DNA of 64,000 nucleotides, taken from contig OX597814.1 of assembly GCA_951406725.2 (NCBI GenBank), positions 182,466,001-182,530,000 on the forward strand. Direction: 5' to 3'. Each line of letters starts with the position of its first letter. Within the stretch, counting starts at the first letter, position 1. The stretch comes from Octopus vulgaris (taxonomy: Eukaryota). Of the stretch, positions 25,971 through 38,659 are shown in pieces. Under the pieces are notes generated by a model, which was not told the origin of the DNA, searched no databases, and saw nothing but the letters and a program-made list of their open reading frames with translations. The position numbers and the translations under genes were made by a program.

Positions 25971-26982
25971 TAAAACAAAGATAAAGATATTGTCTTATAC
26001 AGTTAGAAGTTTCATTTGTAATAATAATACTATTATTTTTCTCTTCATCTCTTCATGGAGAGACAGAGAAAAATTTCTTTGATTTTGTTCATCTGTTTTT
26101 GATTAATTTCATTCTTAACCCGTTTCAGCTTATTGTGTATTAGATGTCACTAATATGCTGGTTTCAGGCATGTTGGAGCTGTGACTCGGAGTAATAAAAG
26201 TAACAAAACATACATCCCTTTGGCCAAGTGCTTAAATGAATAATGACCTTATCTTGACATGAACCAACTGGAAATAACTTTTAAAAATAAAAAAATTAAG
26301 AATTTCTACTTCATAATCTTTAAAATGTAGCAGTTTTGAGACACTGGTAATCTTTCAGCATAATGAAAAAATAATATGCCAAATCATTTTTTCATTTTCG
26401 GTTTAAAATGCCTTTGGAATTGGGTTTTAAAAAAAGAATTTTTTAATTATTATTCTACTCAGGCTTTGTTTGGTGATAAGTCTGCAATTTTGCTTTATCC
26501 AGTTTTGTTGAAGTATAATTAAAACTATTAATTCTGGAGATACTAAAAGCCTATTAACTAGACTTACTTTCAAATATATAAGTTCACAAATTATCTTGTC
26601 TTTAGTAAACTTCTACTTAGCTATTGCCCTTACTTGAGAAAACCTCATTTCAAATAAGTTTGAGAGTGCATTATAATAGAGCTTCATAATATCCATTAAA
26701 TTCTTATTCAAATTAATACCTGTCTTAAGAGTTGCAGTACTTGTACTTTATTAGCATGGTTTTCAATGAAAAATTAATCTTTGGATTCATTTTGGCTACA
26801 CACTTGAAATGTTTATTAAATTCTTTGAGGAATTAACAATCCTTATTACCAGTTTAGGCTTCAGAGTGTAATAAAGGGTTTGTTTCTTTCTACTGGAACA
26901 GAGACACTGTAAAGGAAAAGAACCACTAACAACCAAAACAATAACTATGAACATAATAAGAAAATATACTTTTAATTTAGAA

Positions 26983-27287
26983 TAGTAGTTTTCAACTGGG
27001 ACCCATATGACCCTTAAGGGTCCATATAAGATTTTTGAGGATCCATGTTGGCAAAATAGTAAATTGGGGACCCACAATAGTCTCTTAAGGGGTGATGAAA
27101 AAATTTTGCCTTAGATGTATTTATTGCAAGAAACGGCATTGACCTACACAAGTTAATGTATGAAAAGCAAAAAGGGAATTTTTGAAAGAAGTATCTATGA
27201 AAAACATCGAATGGCCATGGGTATCCACCAGATAAAGTAGTAATCAAAGGATTTCATAGGTAAATAAGTAATGGTTAATAACTACTG
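26983..27287. mobile_element. Probable hAT-like MITE
   Basis: Imperfect TIRs tagtagttttcaac / gttaataactactg with subterminal gggtcc/ggaccc motifs; related ends at ~23-620. Confidence 0.45.
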
Positions 27288-27315
27288 ACTTGGACTTTTT
27301 TCATATTCAGGTTTC

Positions 27316-27609
27316 AAAAAACATTCAAGCGAGGTTGTGGCCAGTGATGCTGGACTGGCTCCTGTGCAGGTGGCACATAAAAAGCATCATTTGAGCATGG
27401 CCATTGCCAGTACCGCCTAGCTTGCCCTCGTGCCAGTGGCACGTAAAAGCACCTACTACACTCTTGGAGTGGTTGGCGTTAGGAAGGGCATCCAGCTGTA
27501 GAAACTCTGCCAGATCAGATTGGAGCCTGGTGCAGCCATCTGGTTCGCCAGACCTTAGTCAAATCGCCCAACCCAAGCTAGCATGGAAAGCAGACGTTAA
27601 ATGATGATG
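27316..27609 (+). mobile_element. RTE 3' UTR-derived repeat
   Basis: Same motifs and (gat)n tail. Confidence 0.8.
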
Positions 27610-28281
27610 TTTCAGTATGAAATTTATTTTAGACAATGTCAAGCTTAGATGCAATAATATTTATCTCATCACATTTGGAGAGTAATTTGATGGCAGGATC
27701 CTTATTTTATTTATGTTGAGTTTATTGAAAAGCTATTGGAAGCAAGGACAGTTTTTAACATAAATTAAAAATCAATATTCTCTAGTAATTTTACCACTGA
27801 AATTTTTCACCTGTTCATTGGATCGGGATATTTTTGATGCAGTTACTCTGCTAGTTAAATAATATTTTACTACTGTTCCTTTTCAGCAATGGTTTTGGTA
27901 CACAGCGTTGATTTTTATAATTCTGTAAATAATAATAATAGTATTTTATAAGCTTAAATCTTGTAAGCAATCACTGTGTAATGACTGAAGAAAATAGTTT
28001 AATAATGGGGCATATACGCCCTCAATGGAAAAAGTAGGTTTTCCTGTATTTGTGGGACACAAACCCATATCTATTATTCTTATCTCTGAGTAGGGGCAAA
28101 CATTTGGTAGAAGTGTTTAATTTCATTTCAATAATGACTTTTGTATTTATGAAATGTTTTGAGATACATCATTAAAATGTTAATTCTCTTGTACAGACAT
28201 TTTAAATTAAAGCTTGTATAGAGAAACAAAGGAAAGCAAAATTTTCTTTAAAGTATAACTTAGTTTTCTTTTTGTTTTCAG

Positions 28282-28401
28282 GTTTGTATAAAAAATCTGG
28301 CAAACTCGTATTTCTTGGCCTGGACAATGCTGGAAAGACTACATTATTACACATGCTCAAAGATGAGCGAATGGCACAACATGTACCAACATTACATCCC
28401 A
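28282..28401 (+). CDS. SAR1: SAR1 coding exon 2 (P-loop GLDNAGKTT, switch I HVPTLHP)
   Basis: [40 protein letters not shown]; acceptor ttttcag, donor A|gtaaga, 120 nt. Confidence 0.97.
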
Positions 28402-29176
28402 GTAAGATAATCTCATATTCAATATGCATTTTTTTTTTATTGCTACTTACAAGTTTATTAAATTTTATTTTTTGAAAATTGTATGTTCTATTTTTATCTT
28501 TTTTATGGTAATTGACTTGTTTTCATATATATCATTAAAAATATAAATCATTGTCATCAGCAAAATATTGACGTCATTTGTTTTCATGGTTTGAACGTCA
28601 TTTCACCTGCTGTTGCAGTCTCTTGTCATTTAGTTTATGTTACAATAAGAAAACTGATTTTCTTGTGGTGTGGTTTCTATGGCCAGATATCTTTTTCATA
28701 ACCAGTAACTTTACAACGTAGACTGGGTGCATTTTATCTTGTTTCCAACATCAGAAAGATTATCTACAAGAGGACTAAAACCCCTCCTCTATCCCATATC
28801 ATCTTTTTTTTTTTCATGCCTCTACATGGGTTGATTGCATTATGGTTGAGACACCACATCTCTTCATGTTATGCATATCTATAATATATAAATTTATTTC
28901 GAATATGGTTAAAAGGGACATTCAGTCAGAGACTGATGGCATATTTAGTGACTATTGTGTTTAAAAGAATCATAATTTCTGGCATAATATAATTCTAAAT
29001 ACTTAATCTCTGTGGTGTAATACACATCATCATCATGTGTAGGTAGGATAACAAAAAAAAATATTTTAAATCTTTTTTCAACTTTCTTAATCTTTATATC
29101 CATATTGGTTCCACAGTCCCTTTGAAAAAGACATGGTGGAATAAATGTCCTGGGATATATTGATAATATTGTATTG

Positions 29177-29188
<12 letters not shown>

Positions 29189-29248
<60 letters not shown>
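29189..29248. repeat. (TA)n microsatellite
   Basis: About 30 TA units. Confidence 0.9.
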
Positions 29249-29249
<1 letters not shown>

Positions 29250-29250
<1 letters not shown>

Positions 29251-29642
29251 CCTCGGCTGGCCCCCGTGCCGGTGACACGTAAAAGCACCGTCCGTTCGTG
29301 GCCGGTTGCCAGCTCTGTCTGGCCCCGTGTCGGTGGCACGTAAAAGCACCATCCGTTCGTGTCCGTTGCCAGCATCGCTTGGCCCCGTGCCGGTGACACG
29401 TAAAAGCACCATCCGTTCGTGGCCGTTCGCCAGCTCTGTCTGGCACCTGTGCAGGTGGCACGTAAAAACACCCACTACACTCGCGGAGTGGTTGGCGTTA
29501 GGAAGGGCATCCAGCCGTAGAAACACTGCCAGATCTGACTGGGCCTGACGAAGCCTTCCAGCTTCACAGACCCCAGTTGACCCGTCCAACCCATGCTAGC
29601 ATGGAAAGCGGACGCTAAACGATGATGATGATGATGATGATG

Positions 29643-29643
<1 letters not shown>
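29250..29643 (+). mobile_element. RTE 3' UTR-derived repeat with ~61-bp tandem units; young, CpG-intact copy
   Basis: Four gtgYMggtgRcacgtaaaaRcacc units, then ggttggcgttaggaagggcatccagc and (gat)n. Confidence 0.85.
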
Positions 29644-29682
<39 letters not shown>

Positions 29683-29899
29683 GGCTGTATGGTAAGAAGC
29701 CTGCTTCCCAACCACATGATTTTGGTTTGCCCCACTGCATGGCATCTTGGGCAATTGTCTTCTACTATAGCCAAGTACTAGGCTTAGAAATAAGTCCTGG
29801 GAGCAATATTTTTCGACTAAAACTCTTAAGGTGGTGCTCTTGCATGACCACAATCAAATGATTGAGACAAGTAAAAGAACAAAAGAATATATATATATG

Positions 29900-30150
29900 T
29901 GTCGGTGGCACATAAAAAACACCATCCGAGCGTGGCCGTCTGCCAGCCTCGTCTGGCACCTGTGTCGGTGGCACATAAAATCACCCACTACACTCTCGGA
30001 GTGGTTGGCGTTCGGAAGGGCATCCAGCTGTAGAAACACTGCCAGATCTGACTGGCCTGGTGCAGCCTTCGGGCTTGCCAGACCCCAGTTGAACCGTCCA
30101 ACCCATGCTAGCATGGAAAGCGGACGTTAAACGATGATGATGATGATGAT
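29900..30150 (+). mobile_element. RTE 3' UTR-derived repeat
   Basis: Same motifs and tail. Confidence 0.8.
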
Positions 30151-30213
30151 AATTATTAATAGTAGGGAATATAAAATTCCAAGGTAACAGGGGAAAACAA
30201 ACTCAATTTAGTA

Positions 30214-30598
30214 ATGGTAAGTAGCTTGCTTACAAACCACATGGTTCTAGGTTCAGTCCCACTGCGTGGCACCTTGGGCAAGTGTCTTCTACTATAGCCT
30301 GAGGCCGACCAAAGCCTTGTGAGTGGATTTGGTAGACGGAAACTGAAAGAGCCTGTCGTATATATGTATATTTATATATATGTGTGTGTGTCTGTGTTTG
30401 TTCCCCCCAACATCGCTTGACAACTGATGCTGGTGTGTTTATGTCCCCGTAACTTAGCGATTCGGCAAAAGAGACTGATAGAATAAGTACTAGGCTTACA
30501 AAGAATAAGTCCTGGGGTCGATTTGCTCGACTAAAGGCGATGCTCCAGCCTGGCCACAGTCAAATGACTGAAACAAATAAGAGAGTGAAGAGTAGAGT
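30214..30598 (+). mobile_element. SINE family A
   Basis: Body and tail match the other copies. Confidence 0.85.
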
Positions 30599-31135
30599 AA
30601 GAGACAGAACCTCCATAAAGTAATTCAGTTAATAATGAAAGATATTATCTATAATAAAATATAAATTTTTAACATTATACTAAATACTTTTAAAAAAATA
30701 CACATTAAATGACATTATTATTAATATTGTGCTAAAGATTTCTATACTAAATAATACACGTTATGTGTTTATTTTTAATGAGTATTATTTAGTATAGAAA
30801 TTTGGTGGCACGTAAAAAGCACCATCCGATCATGGCTGTTTGCCAGCCTCGTCTGGCACCTGTGCTGGTGGCACGTAAAAAGCACCCACTACACTCATGG
30901 AGTGGTTGGCGTTAGGAAGGGCATCCAGTCGTAGAAACATTGCCAGATCAGACTGGGCCTGTTGCAGCCTTCTGGCTTCCCAGACCCCAGTTGCACTGTC
31001 CAACCCATGCCAGCATGGAAAGCAGACACTAAACGATGATGATGATGAATGTTAGTAATAATATATTTAAATTTATATTTTATTATTGATGATATCTTTC
31101 ATTAACTGAATTACTTTATGGAGGTTCTGTCTCTT
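30599..31135. mobile_element. AT-rich MITE with ~85-bp TIRs, interrupted by an RTE-tail repeat (30803-31047)
   Basis: aagagacagaacctccataaagtaattcagttaa.. versus ..ttaactgaattactttatggaggttctgtctctt. Confidence 0.7.
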
Positions 31136-31143
31136 AATTATAC

Positions 31144-31184
<41 letters not shown>

Positions 31185-32077
31185 TCAGTCAGAGGTTGTT
31201 GACCTGTTTAGTAACTGCTGTACAAAATTGCAATTTTTAACATTCTAAATACTACTTTATATTTCTAATGTGTTTATATAATAAAGAAAAACTTCATGCA
31301 AAATAAATTATTTATTCAGTTCTACCTACTTTTCAATACCTGGCCACATTATCAGTGTTGTATTGTAGAGTCACTACGTATTTTGCATCTTATCACATAT
31401 ACCTTCATTCAGCCAACCCAACCTAGATGAACCAAGCCTACCCATCAGTTACCTCTTTCGATCCAGAGCCATCTAACTGCTTTCTCAGTAGCCTGTATAC
31501 TGTTCTTATGGTTTTTCTACAGCTCCTTCCTGCAACAGTCTACCACCAAATCTTGCTGCTTAGCTTTCTTCTTTCATGCCTCCTCCATTCTGTCCTCCAG
31601 GGTACAGTTAATTCCAATAGAATTTGATGCCTATATATTCAAAATTAACTATTTACTAATATTCTGGTTGGCTGATCTCACAGAAGAATAATAAAAAAAT
31701 TATCAATCAAGTAATAAAGGCAGAGCTTTTATTAATTCCAGTTTTGTGAAATGATTAGCAAATATTCAGTAGATTTTTAACATCTGAAACCTCAGATCAG
31801 AAATTACAAAATTAAAAAATCTGAAGTATTCCTAAAAGTAGACATCTGGTTTTCATTTGACATGTAACTTAATACTTGTCATTCTCTTTCCTCTCTCTCT
31901 CACACATGAAATTACTCTTTTTACTTGTAACCATGTGACCATTTTCTCTCTCTTTTTTCCTTTTTATTTTAAAAAATACATAATTTTCAAATTAAAATGT
32001 TCTTGACCAATGTTTATTTAAACTTAATGTTAATCCAAATATTAATAACTCTTCATATGTTCATTTTTTGTCTTTAG

Positions 32078-32143
32078 CGTCTGAAGAGTTAACAATGGGT
32101 GGCATGAGATTTACAACATTCGATTTAGGAGGACATCAACAAG
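32078..32143 (+). CDS. SAR1: SAR1 coding exon 3 (TSEELTMGGMRFTTFDLGGHQQ)
   Basis: G3 motif DLGGH; acceptor tctttag, donor G|gtattt, 66 nt. Confidence 0.96.
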
Positions 32144-32375
32144 GTATTTTGTTTACTTTTGCTCTGCTTTACATATTCTAATAAAAAAATTTTAATGAAT
32201 TCTATATTTTAGGCTGGAGTCATTTATAAACCTTCAGTTTATAAGATTAATTTCAACCAAAAGTTCTTGATCAAAATCTTATGCCATTGATTCACTTACT
32301 GACAAATAAGCTGTGGGATATCAAGCAATTTAGTTTCCCTTTCAAGTTTTTAATTAGATAAGTTATTAACCTACT

Positions 32376-32693
32376 GATCCCCGTGCTGATGGCACGTAAA
32401 AAGCATCATCCAAACATGGCCGATGCCAGCGCTGCTTTGACCGGCTTCTGTACTGGTGGCACGTAAAAAGCACCAACTGATCGTGGTCATTGCCAGCCTC
32501 CTCTGGCCCCTGTGCCAGTGGCACGTAAAAAAACCCACTACACCCTCTGAGTGATTGGTATTAGGAAGGGCATCCAACTGTAGAAATACTGCCAGATCAA
32601 ACTGGAGCCTGGTGCAGCCTCCTGGCTTCCCAGACCCCAGTCGAACCGTCTAACCCATGCCAGCTTGGAAAACGGATGTTAAACGATGATGAT
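32376..32693 (+). mobile_element. RTE 3' UTR-derived repeat
   Basis: Three ggcacgtaaaaa units and a (gat)n tail. Confidence 0.8.
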
Positions 32694-32989
32694 ATTGACA
32701 TCACCACTCTTATGGTAACTTCATAGTACAACTTCTACAAGCATACTAACCATTGTTGTTGGGATTATTTTTTCTGTAATTTATCAGACATTTCTTTTCT
32801 CATGCTGGCTGGGCACAACATGATCAAGACAGTTGCAACTTACCCATGTAGATAAAGTACCTTTTTCTACAATTTATTTTCTAAGTTTAAGATATATGCT
32901 AAGATGGTTTAGTTGTAATATCACTATGAAAATTTACATCTTATTATTAAGTTTTCATTGTATCTATTAATTTTTTTTTCTTTCTATAG

Positions 32990-33093
32990 TTAGACGAGTT
33001 TGGAAAGATTATTTCCCAGCAGTGGATGGTATTGTATTTCTTGTTGATGTTTGTGATAAGGAGAGGTTCATTGAAGCAAAAGCTGAATTGGAT
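32990..33093 (+). CDS. SAR1: SAR1 coding exon 4 ([35 protein letters not shown])
   Basis: Acceptor ttctatag, donor GAT|gtaagt, 104 nt. Confidence 0.96.
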
Positions 33094-33715
33094 GTAAGTT
33101 AAATTAATTTGGTTTCTAATAACATAAAATTGTTTTTATTTTTATCCCATTTGAACTTTTGTTTTTGACAATAGTGTTGATATTTATTTTATCCAAAAAC
33201 AGTTTGTTTGATTGCTGTATTAGTATTGTCAAGTCACTCATGCGAAGACATGCTGTTTGGATTCAGTTGTGCTTCATAAGGTAAAATCAATTTGCTGGAA
33301 CATGAATTTCGCAAGCAAAATCCAACCTTCTCAACAATGATTATTTGTAGTTGGTATTTTCAGGTTATTTTGCTAATGTCTTTGAGGAGTTATATTCAAT
33401 AAGGAAAATGCGTGATGGACATCTTTTCATATCAGTTTTTCAGTCACCATTACTGGCATCAATTAAATGTTAACACAGACATGTATTCTAACTATTATAA
33501 GAACAGGTTGCATTTATTTACATTGTGATACATTTCTTATATCCAATATTCTGCATTATAATTAGTTTGCTCATTTACTATTAAGTCTCTTAACTGGAAC
33601 AAATAGGTATGGTTTAAATGCAGAATTATCAAATCTCATGCATAATTTATACATAACCCAACCATAAAGATTAACCTTCAAATTGCATTTTCCTTTCTGT
33701 TAATCCTTAATACAG

Positions 33716-33847
33716 AGTCTGCTGACAGATGAACAAGTTGCTAATGCTCCTATTTTAATTCTTGGTAATAAAATTGATAAAGCAGGAGCTGCCAGTGAAG
33801 ATGAAATTCGCATTAGTTTTGGATTACATGCTCAAACAACAGGAAAG
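33716..33847 (+). CDS. SAR1: SAR1 coding exon 5 ([26 protein letters not shown])
   Basis: G4 motif NKID; acceptor tacag, donor AAG|gtaata, 132 nt. Confidence 0.96.
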
Positions 33848-34500
33848 GTAATATTTTATTCTAACTTTTTTTTTTATTCTTCCATCCCCTTTTTAGATCT
33901 TCCTTCTCAAGACTATACAATTTTGCAATTACTTTGAGTTACATAACTTCATAATTCAAACTTTTGAGTTACCATTTAGCTTTTCAATATATTTCATCAT
34001 TTTCATTGTTTTCCTTACTTTTCTTTATACTATCCCAATTCAGAATTTTCTGTATGTTAAGGTTTTTTTTACACTATATTCTCAATGATTAACAAATATT
34101 AGATTAACAAGCTAATATATGTGCACTTTTTGAAATTGGTTATTCATGTTGCTTTTTCTCGTTCTTTGATTCTCTTTCCTACATTAAAATTTCGAGTTTG
34201 TGGGTCCCAATCAAGTGGTTTGGGATTCAGTCCTACCTTGTGGCAACTTAGGTAACTGTGTAATACTATAGACTTGAGCCAACCAAAATCTTGTGAGTGA
34301 ATAAATCACGTGTTGCATCAGCACAAGGTTTCTGTTTCAATCTTAAGATGGTGAGATGTGCTTTCAATGAGATTTTGTTGCTCTTGAGCAACTGCATAGA
34401 GACCTACCTTGTTGGGTTGAGTAAATAATTAGATAATCTGATTGAAGTAGAGGCACCAGCCTAGATTTCTTGGAATCACTCTTTAGATAATCTCAAATAT

Positions 34501-35000
34501 CATCATCATTGTTTAACATCCGCTTTCCATGCTAGCATGGGTTGGGCGATTTTGACTGAGGGCTGGCAAACTAGAAGGCTGCACCAGGCTCCAATCTTGA
34601 TCTGGCAGAGTTTCTACAGCTGGATGCCCTTCCTAATGCCAACCACTCTGAGAATGTTGTGGGTGCTTTTTATGTGCCACCGGCACGGGGGCCAGTCAGG
34701 CAGTACTGTCAATGACCTCGCTCGAATCTTTTTACACATGCCACCAGCACAGGTGCCAGTAAGGCGACGTTGGTAATGATCATGCTCGAATGGTGCCCTT
34801 TTACGTGTCACCGATACGGAAGCCAGTTGGCTGCTCTGGCAACGATCACACTCGGATGGTGCTCTTGGCACCCTACTAACACAGGCACAAGTGCCAGTAA
34901 GGCAACGCTGGTAACGATCACACTCGAATGGTGCCCTTTTATGTGCCACTGGCACAGAAGCCGGTTAGCCGCTCTGTCAAACGATCACACTCGTATGGTA
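34501..35000 (-). mobile_element. RTE 3' UTR-derived repeat with tandem units, minus strand
   Basis: Begins (cat)n and is the reverse complement of the family motifs. Confidence 0.8.
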
Positions 35001-35230
35001 CTATATTATTCCATTTCATTATTGTATGATTATAGTGCTCTTCAATAAATTCTTTATCATTGTCATTTTGTTTAATGCAAAAAGGATAAAAAAATAGACA
35101 TAGTTTTGCAAGAGTTTGCAAGTACTGGCTTGTGATTTGGCCTAGATCTTAGCTTATATTATAAAACGGTAAATGACTTACGTTTTCCCTATTTTTCAGT
35201 TATTTACAGTTTGATTTTATTTCTTTTCAG

Positions 35231-35347
35231 GGTACTAGCCCCCGCAGTGAATTGCATGGCCGACCTATGGAACTGTTTATGTGCAGCATCCTAAAACGAC
35301 AAGGCTATGGAGAGGGCTTTCGGTGGATGGCCCAATATATTAAATGA
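35231..35347 (+). CDS. SAR1: SAR1 coding exon 6 ([38 protein letters not shown])
   Basis: Acceptor ttttcag, G5-region FMCS, TGA at 35345-35347. Total CDS 582 nt = 193 aa. Confidence 0.96.
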   Translation, partial: GTSPRSELHGRPMELFMCSILKRQGYGEGFRWMAQYIK

Positions 35348-36930
35348 CTTGTGTTTACTTTAGTTGGAAGTGGACTTCAAATAATTAGCCTGTGAAAAAA
35401 AAAAAGAAAGAAAGAAAATGACAATTAAACAGGGATTTTGTTTGACAACAGACTGGTTCTAGGTGCATGATTGAAAAAAAGTACTATTCACCCTCCATTT
35501 CATAACATGACAGACTCTGACACTGACAGATTTTCCTGAAATTTCCCTTCTAACTTTTTGTTTTAAGTTGCGATGACAACTGGAAATATGCTAATGTTTT
35601 GATTGGCTGGTGATGGTTGTCCACTCATTTGCCATGTAGTTGTTCTTTTCTAACAAAACATCAGAATTAAATTAAAATTTATAAATTACAATGCTTTTAA
35701 TGCATTGTTATTTCTCTAACAGAATTTATGGGATTTTTAAAAAGTTTTTTTTTAACTAATTAAAGAACTTAGTTTAAAATCTAATTTAGCAAAGTTAACG
35801 CACTTTTTTTCCTCTGTTTTTTCCTCACAATTTTCTAATTAATTGTGGCTTCATCTGATGTTAAAAAATTTCTATATTTGCTAATATCATAGGTTTTCTT
35901 TGAAATACAAATCAATTTCTTACTCATTATCTTTGTTATGGGTATTTTTTTTAATTTGAAATTTGGTTATTCCTACAACCCTTGCATTAATTATTCCAAA
36001 GTTGTTTATTTTTCAAATGAATATATATTTATGTGTTAATGATTTTTAATCTTAACTTCCATGAAACTTCTCCGCTGAGATCTGAATTTAAGTTAACATT
36101 GAGAACTGTACTGTACTTTCCTCTTTTTCTAAACAATTCAATTATAAATTTAGCAAATTTCGTTTTGATTAGAGCAATTTCCAATTCTCACATTGCTTAT
36201 TTTCATTTTGTCGTGTGAAAGTGCCTTTGCCAAACTGAATTGACTAAGAATGTTGATTATGCTCTGCTCAATGTTTTGACATGCAACATAACACCTCTTA
36301 AAGAAGGTGCATCTGGTTGACAAAACAACAATGAATTCGTATCAAGTGTCTTTTGTATGGCTCTTAATTTGTCAAGCAATCCAATGCAAATATCATGTGA
36401 TCTTCAAAGGAAGAAAGTATCAGTGTAAATCTCTTGAGCTATTTTCTAGAAACTATTTTTCTTCCTCTTTGAGAACTATGAATTGCTCAAGTGTCTGTTT
36501 GGATGTAAATTTATGTAGTTATCTGTATTCTTTGATGGATTTAAAGAGAAAAAAAAATTGAGCAAATCTGGATCTTCAGTAATAATTTGTTTTGTGGAAA
36601 TTAAAGCTATGTTGTGCACATTCTAAGAGATTCTAATGAAAAGTCAACAAAGATTCTATTTGACTGCTGGCACAAATACAATGGGAGATTCACTCATTTC
36701 TTGAGCGATGTGTGGAAGGAGTTATTTTTGTTTCAGTAAGTACTTAATAACTAAATCAAACCAATTTAGGCTTCAAGATATATATCTCTACATCTCAGTA
36801 CATTTGTTTTTTAAATATCTGATCTGCATAGTTACTAATCTTAATCTTAATTTTTTTTTCTTTTTAGTGTGATTATTTGAGTAAAATTTTAGGATACTAT
36901 TAAAAAAATTAACTTTCTTTGCTTAATAAA
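35348..36930 (+). other. SAR1: Putative SAR1 3' UTR
   Basis: U-rich, apparently transposon-free stretch after the stop; AATAAA at 36925-36930. The end is uncertain. Confidence 0.45.
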
Positions 36931-36932
36931 TC

Positions 36933-36976
<44 letters not shown>

Positions 36977-38236
36977 ATATATATGTGAATGATTATCACA
37001 ATTGAGATTGAAATGGGATGGTAACATACTCATTTCCTTCCTGAATGCTCATCTAAATTTTCTAATTTGTTAATTCTTGAAATGTAATTATCTTGAAGTG
37101 AGTTTTTTCCCCCCCTTCTTTAAATATTAACTTCATCTACAATGTATTTTCCTGCTAAATGGGGAAAAGTTACATTCGAAAGGAATTAAAGTTGATTATT
37201 GTTTAAAAATACTTTTTCTTTTCATTTTTTGATCCCCTGTTCTCTCAAACATATCAGCTTGTGGAAAAGGCATCCTGTTGTGTAGAGACTTTAGAATATT
37301 CTTGAAAGTAAATGGCTAAATCTGTGGAACCCTTGACAAAAAAGTCTTGTAATTTAGTTACAGCCCTATAAGTTCTGCATTCAAATCCTGCCAAGGTGGA
37401 CTTTCATCTCTTCGTGATTCTATAAAATAAATAGCAATTGATTATTGGGATTGATTAAATCAACTATACTCTATTACAAAATTTGTTTCCAAGTTAGAAA
37501 TCACTATGATTATTAGTTTTATCAGATTTGTTTAATTTTTGCAGAAGACATTGTTGGTGGTATAGTTGATGCATCCACATAGCTTTATTATTGTTTATTA
37601 CTATGGTCAAATAGAGGATTGAATATAGGAATATAGATGACATGTATCAAGACTACCCTTCCAAAACTGTTTTACCTTAGTGTTAATGCAATATCACTTC
37701 CTGTCTTGATCTTGTATAAAACTATTATTTTTACATTTGCATAACTCCTCTAGAAATCACAAAAAGACTCAAAATTGCTCTTGCACTTCCGCTATTGAAG
37801 AACTTTATTACATTGAACACTGGCTGACATCTGCCTTTAGGGGGTTTATTAGTACATAAGCTAGTTAAGCTGAACTATACATATTGAGATAGAACATATA
37901 TTCCATACCTGTATTCCTAATGGCTCCAGAAATCCTTATTTTATCAGCAATTTCTTTTTGGTATAACATTTTCTGGCCTTTTTACCAAAAGGAGCCTGAT
38001 AAGAAGCTTCTTACCTCATTCATTTGGGTACCAGTAGGTGCAAGTTGAATATACCAAGCTCGGAGTTCTCTAAATCTGGAGAGTATGAAATACAAAATTT
38101 ACTGATACAGGTTTTTGTCTACACCAGTTTATGCAAAAATTACAACTCTGTCCAGTTACTTCTCAAATTTGCCTATCCTTAAAATTTCTCTCCTCAAACC
38201 CTGATTCCTATGGTATAGCTAATTTTATTGTGTAAA

Positions 38237-38659
38237 CCCTTTTATTATCTTATACTGCCTTTGTTTCAATTAATTTTTAAAGTAATGAAGAATTTAGCAA
38301 AATAGCAGTCATTATTAACCTTTTCGTTACTGTATTTATCTTGAGTTGCTCTCTATTTCTTTCAATTACTTTAAATATAACAAAGAATTTAGTAAAATAA
38401 CTTAGTCGTCATTCAGCTGGTGTTAGGAACATAAATTGTGACTAAGGTTTGGTGGAAGATTTTAATTCAAAACTTATGAAAACAAAACATTTGTACTCAG
38501 AGCCAGAGGCGGTTTCAGCCGAGTTGGTAACAAAAGGGTTAAGCTTATATTTGGAGAATAAGTAAACTTGAAATTTTGAAGGATGGCTATATGACCCAAA
38601 ACCAAGACGTTGGTACCAAAAAACCAGAAATTCTCTCAGGTAGTTTAATATCAAATGGG
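38237..38659. mobile_element. piggyBac-like MITE with a related MITE (38319-38538) nested at a TTAA site
   Basis: Inner element TTAA|ccttttcgttac..gtaacaaaaggg|TTAA; outer element cccttttattat..aatatcaaatggg|TTAA. Confidence 0.6.

Noticed and set aside
29265-29475. Regularly spaced repeats resembling a CRISPR array
   Set aside because: The spacers are themselves homologous, the context is a eukaryotic LINE 3' UTR, and there are no cas genes.
28945-29589. 214-aa minus-strand ORF and overlapping ORFs
   Set aside because: Read-through of a tandem repeat and a (TA)n microsatellite (YIYIYI); no protein signature.
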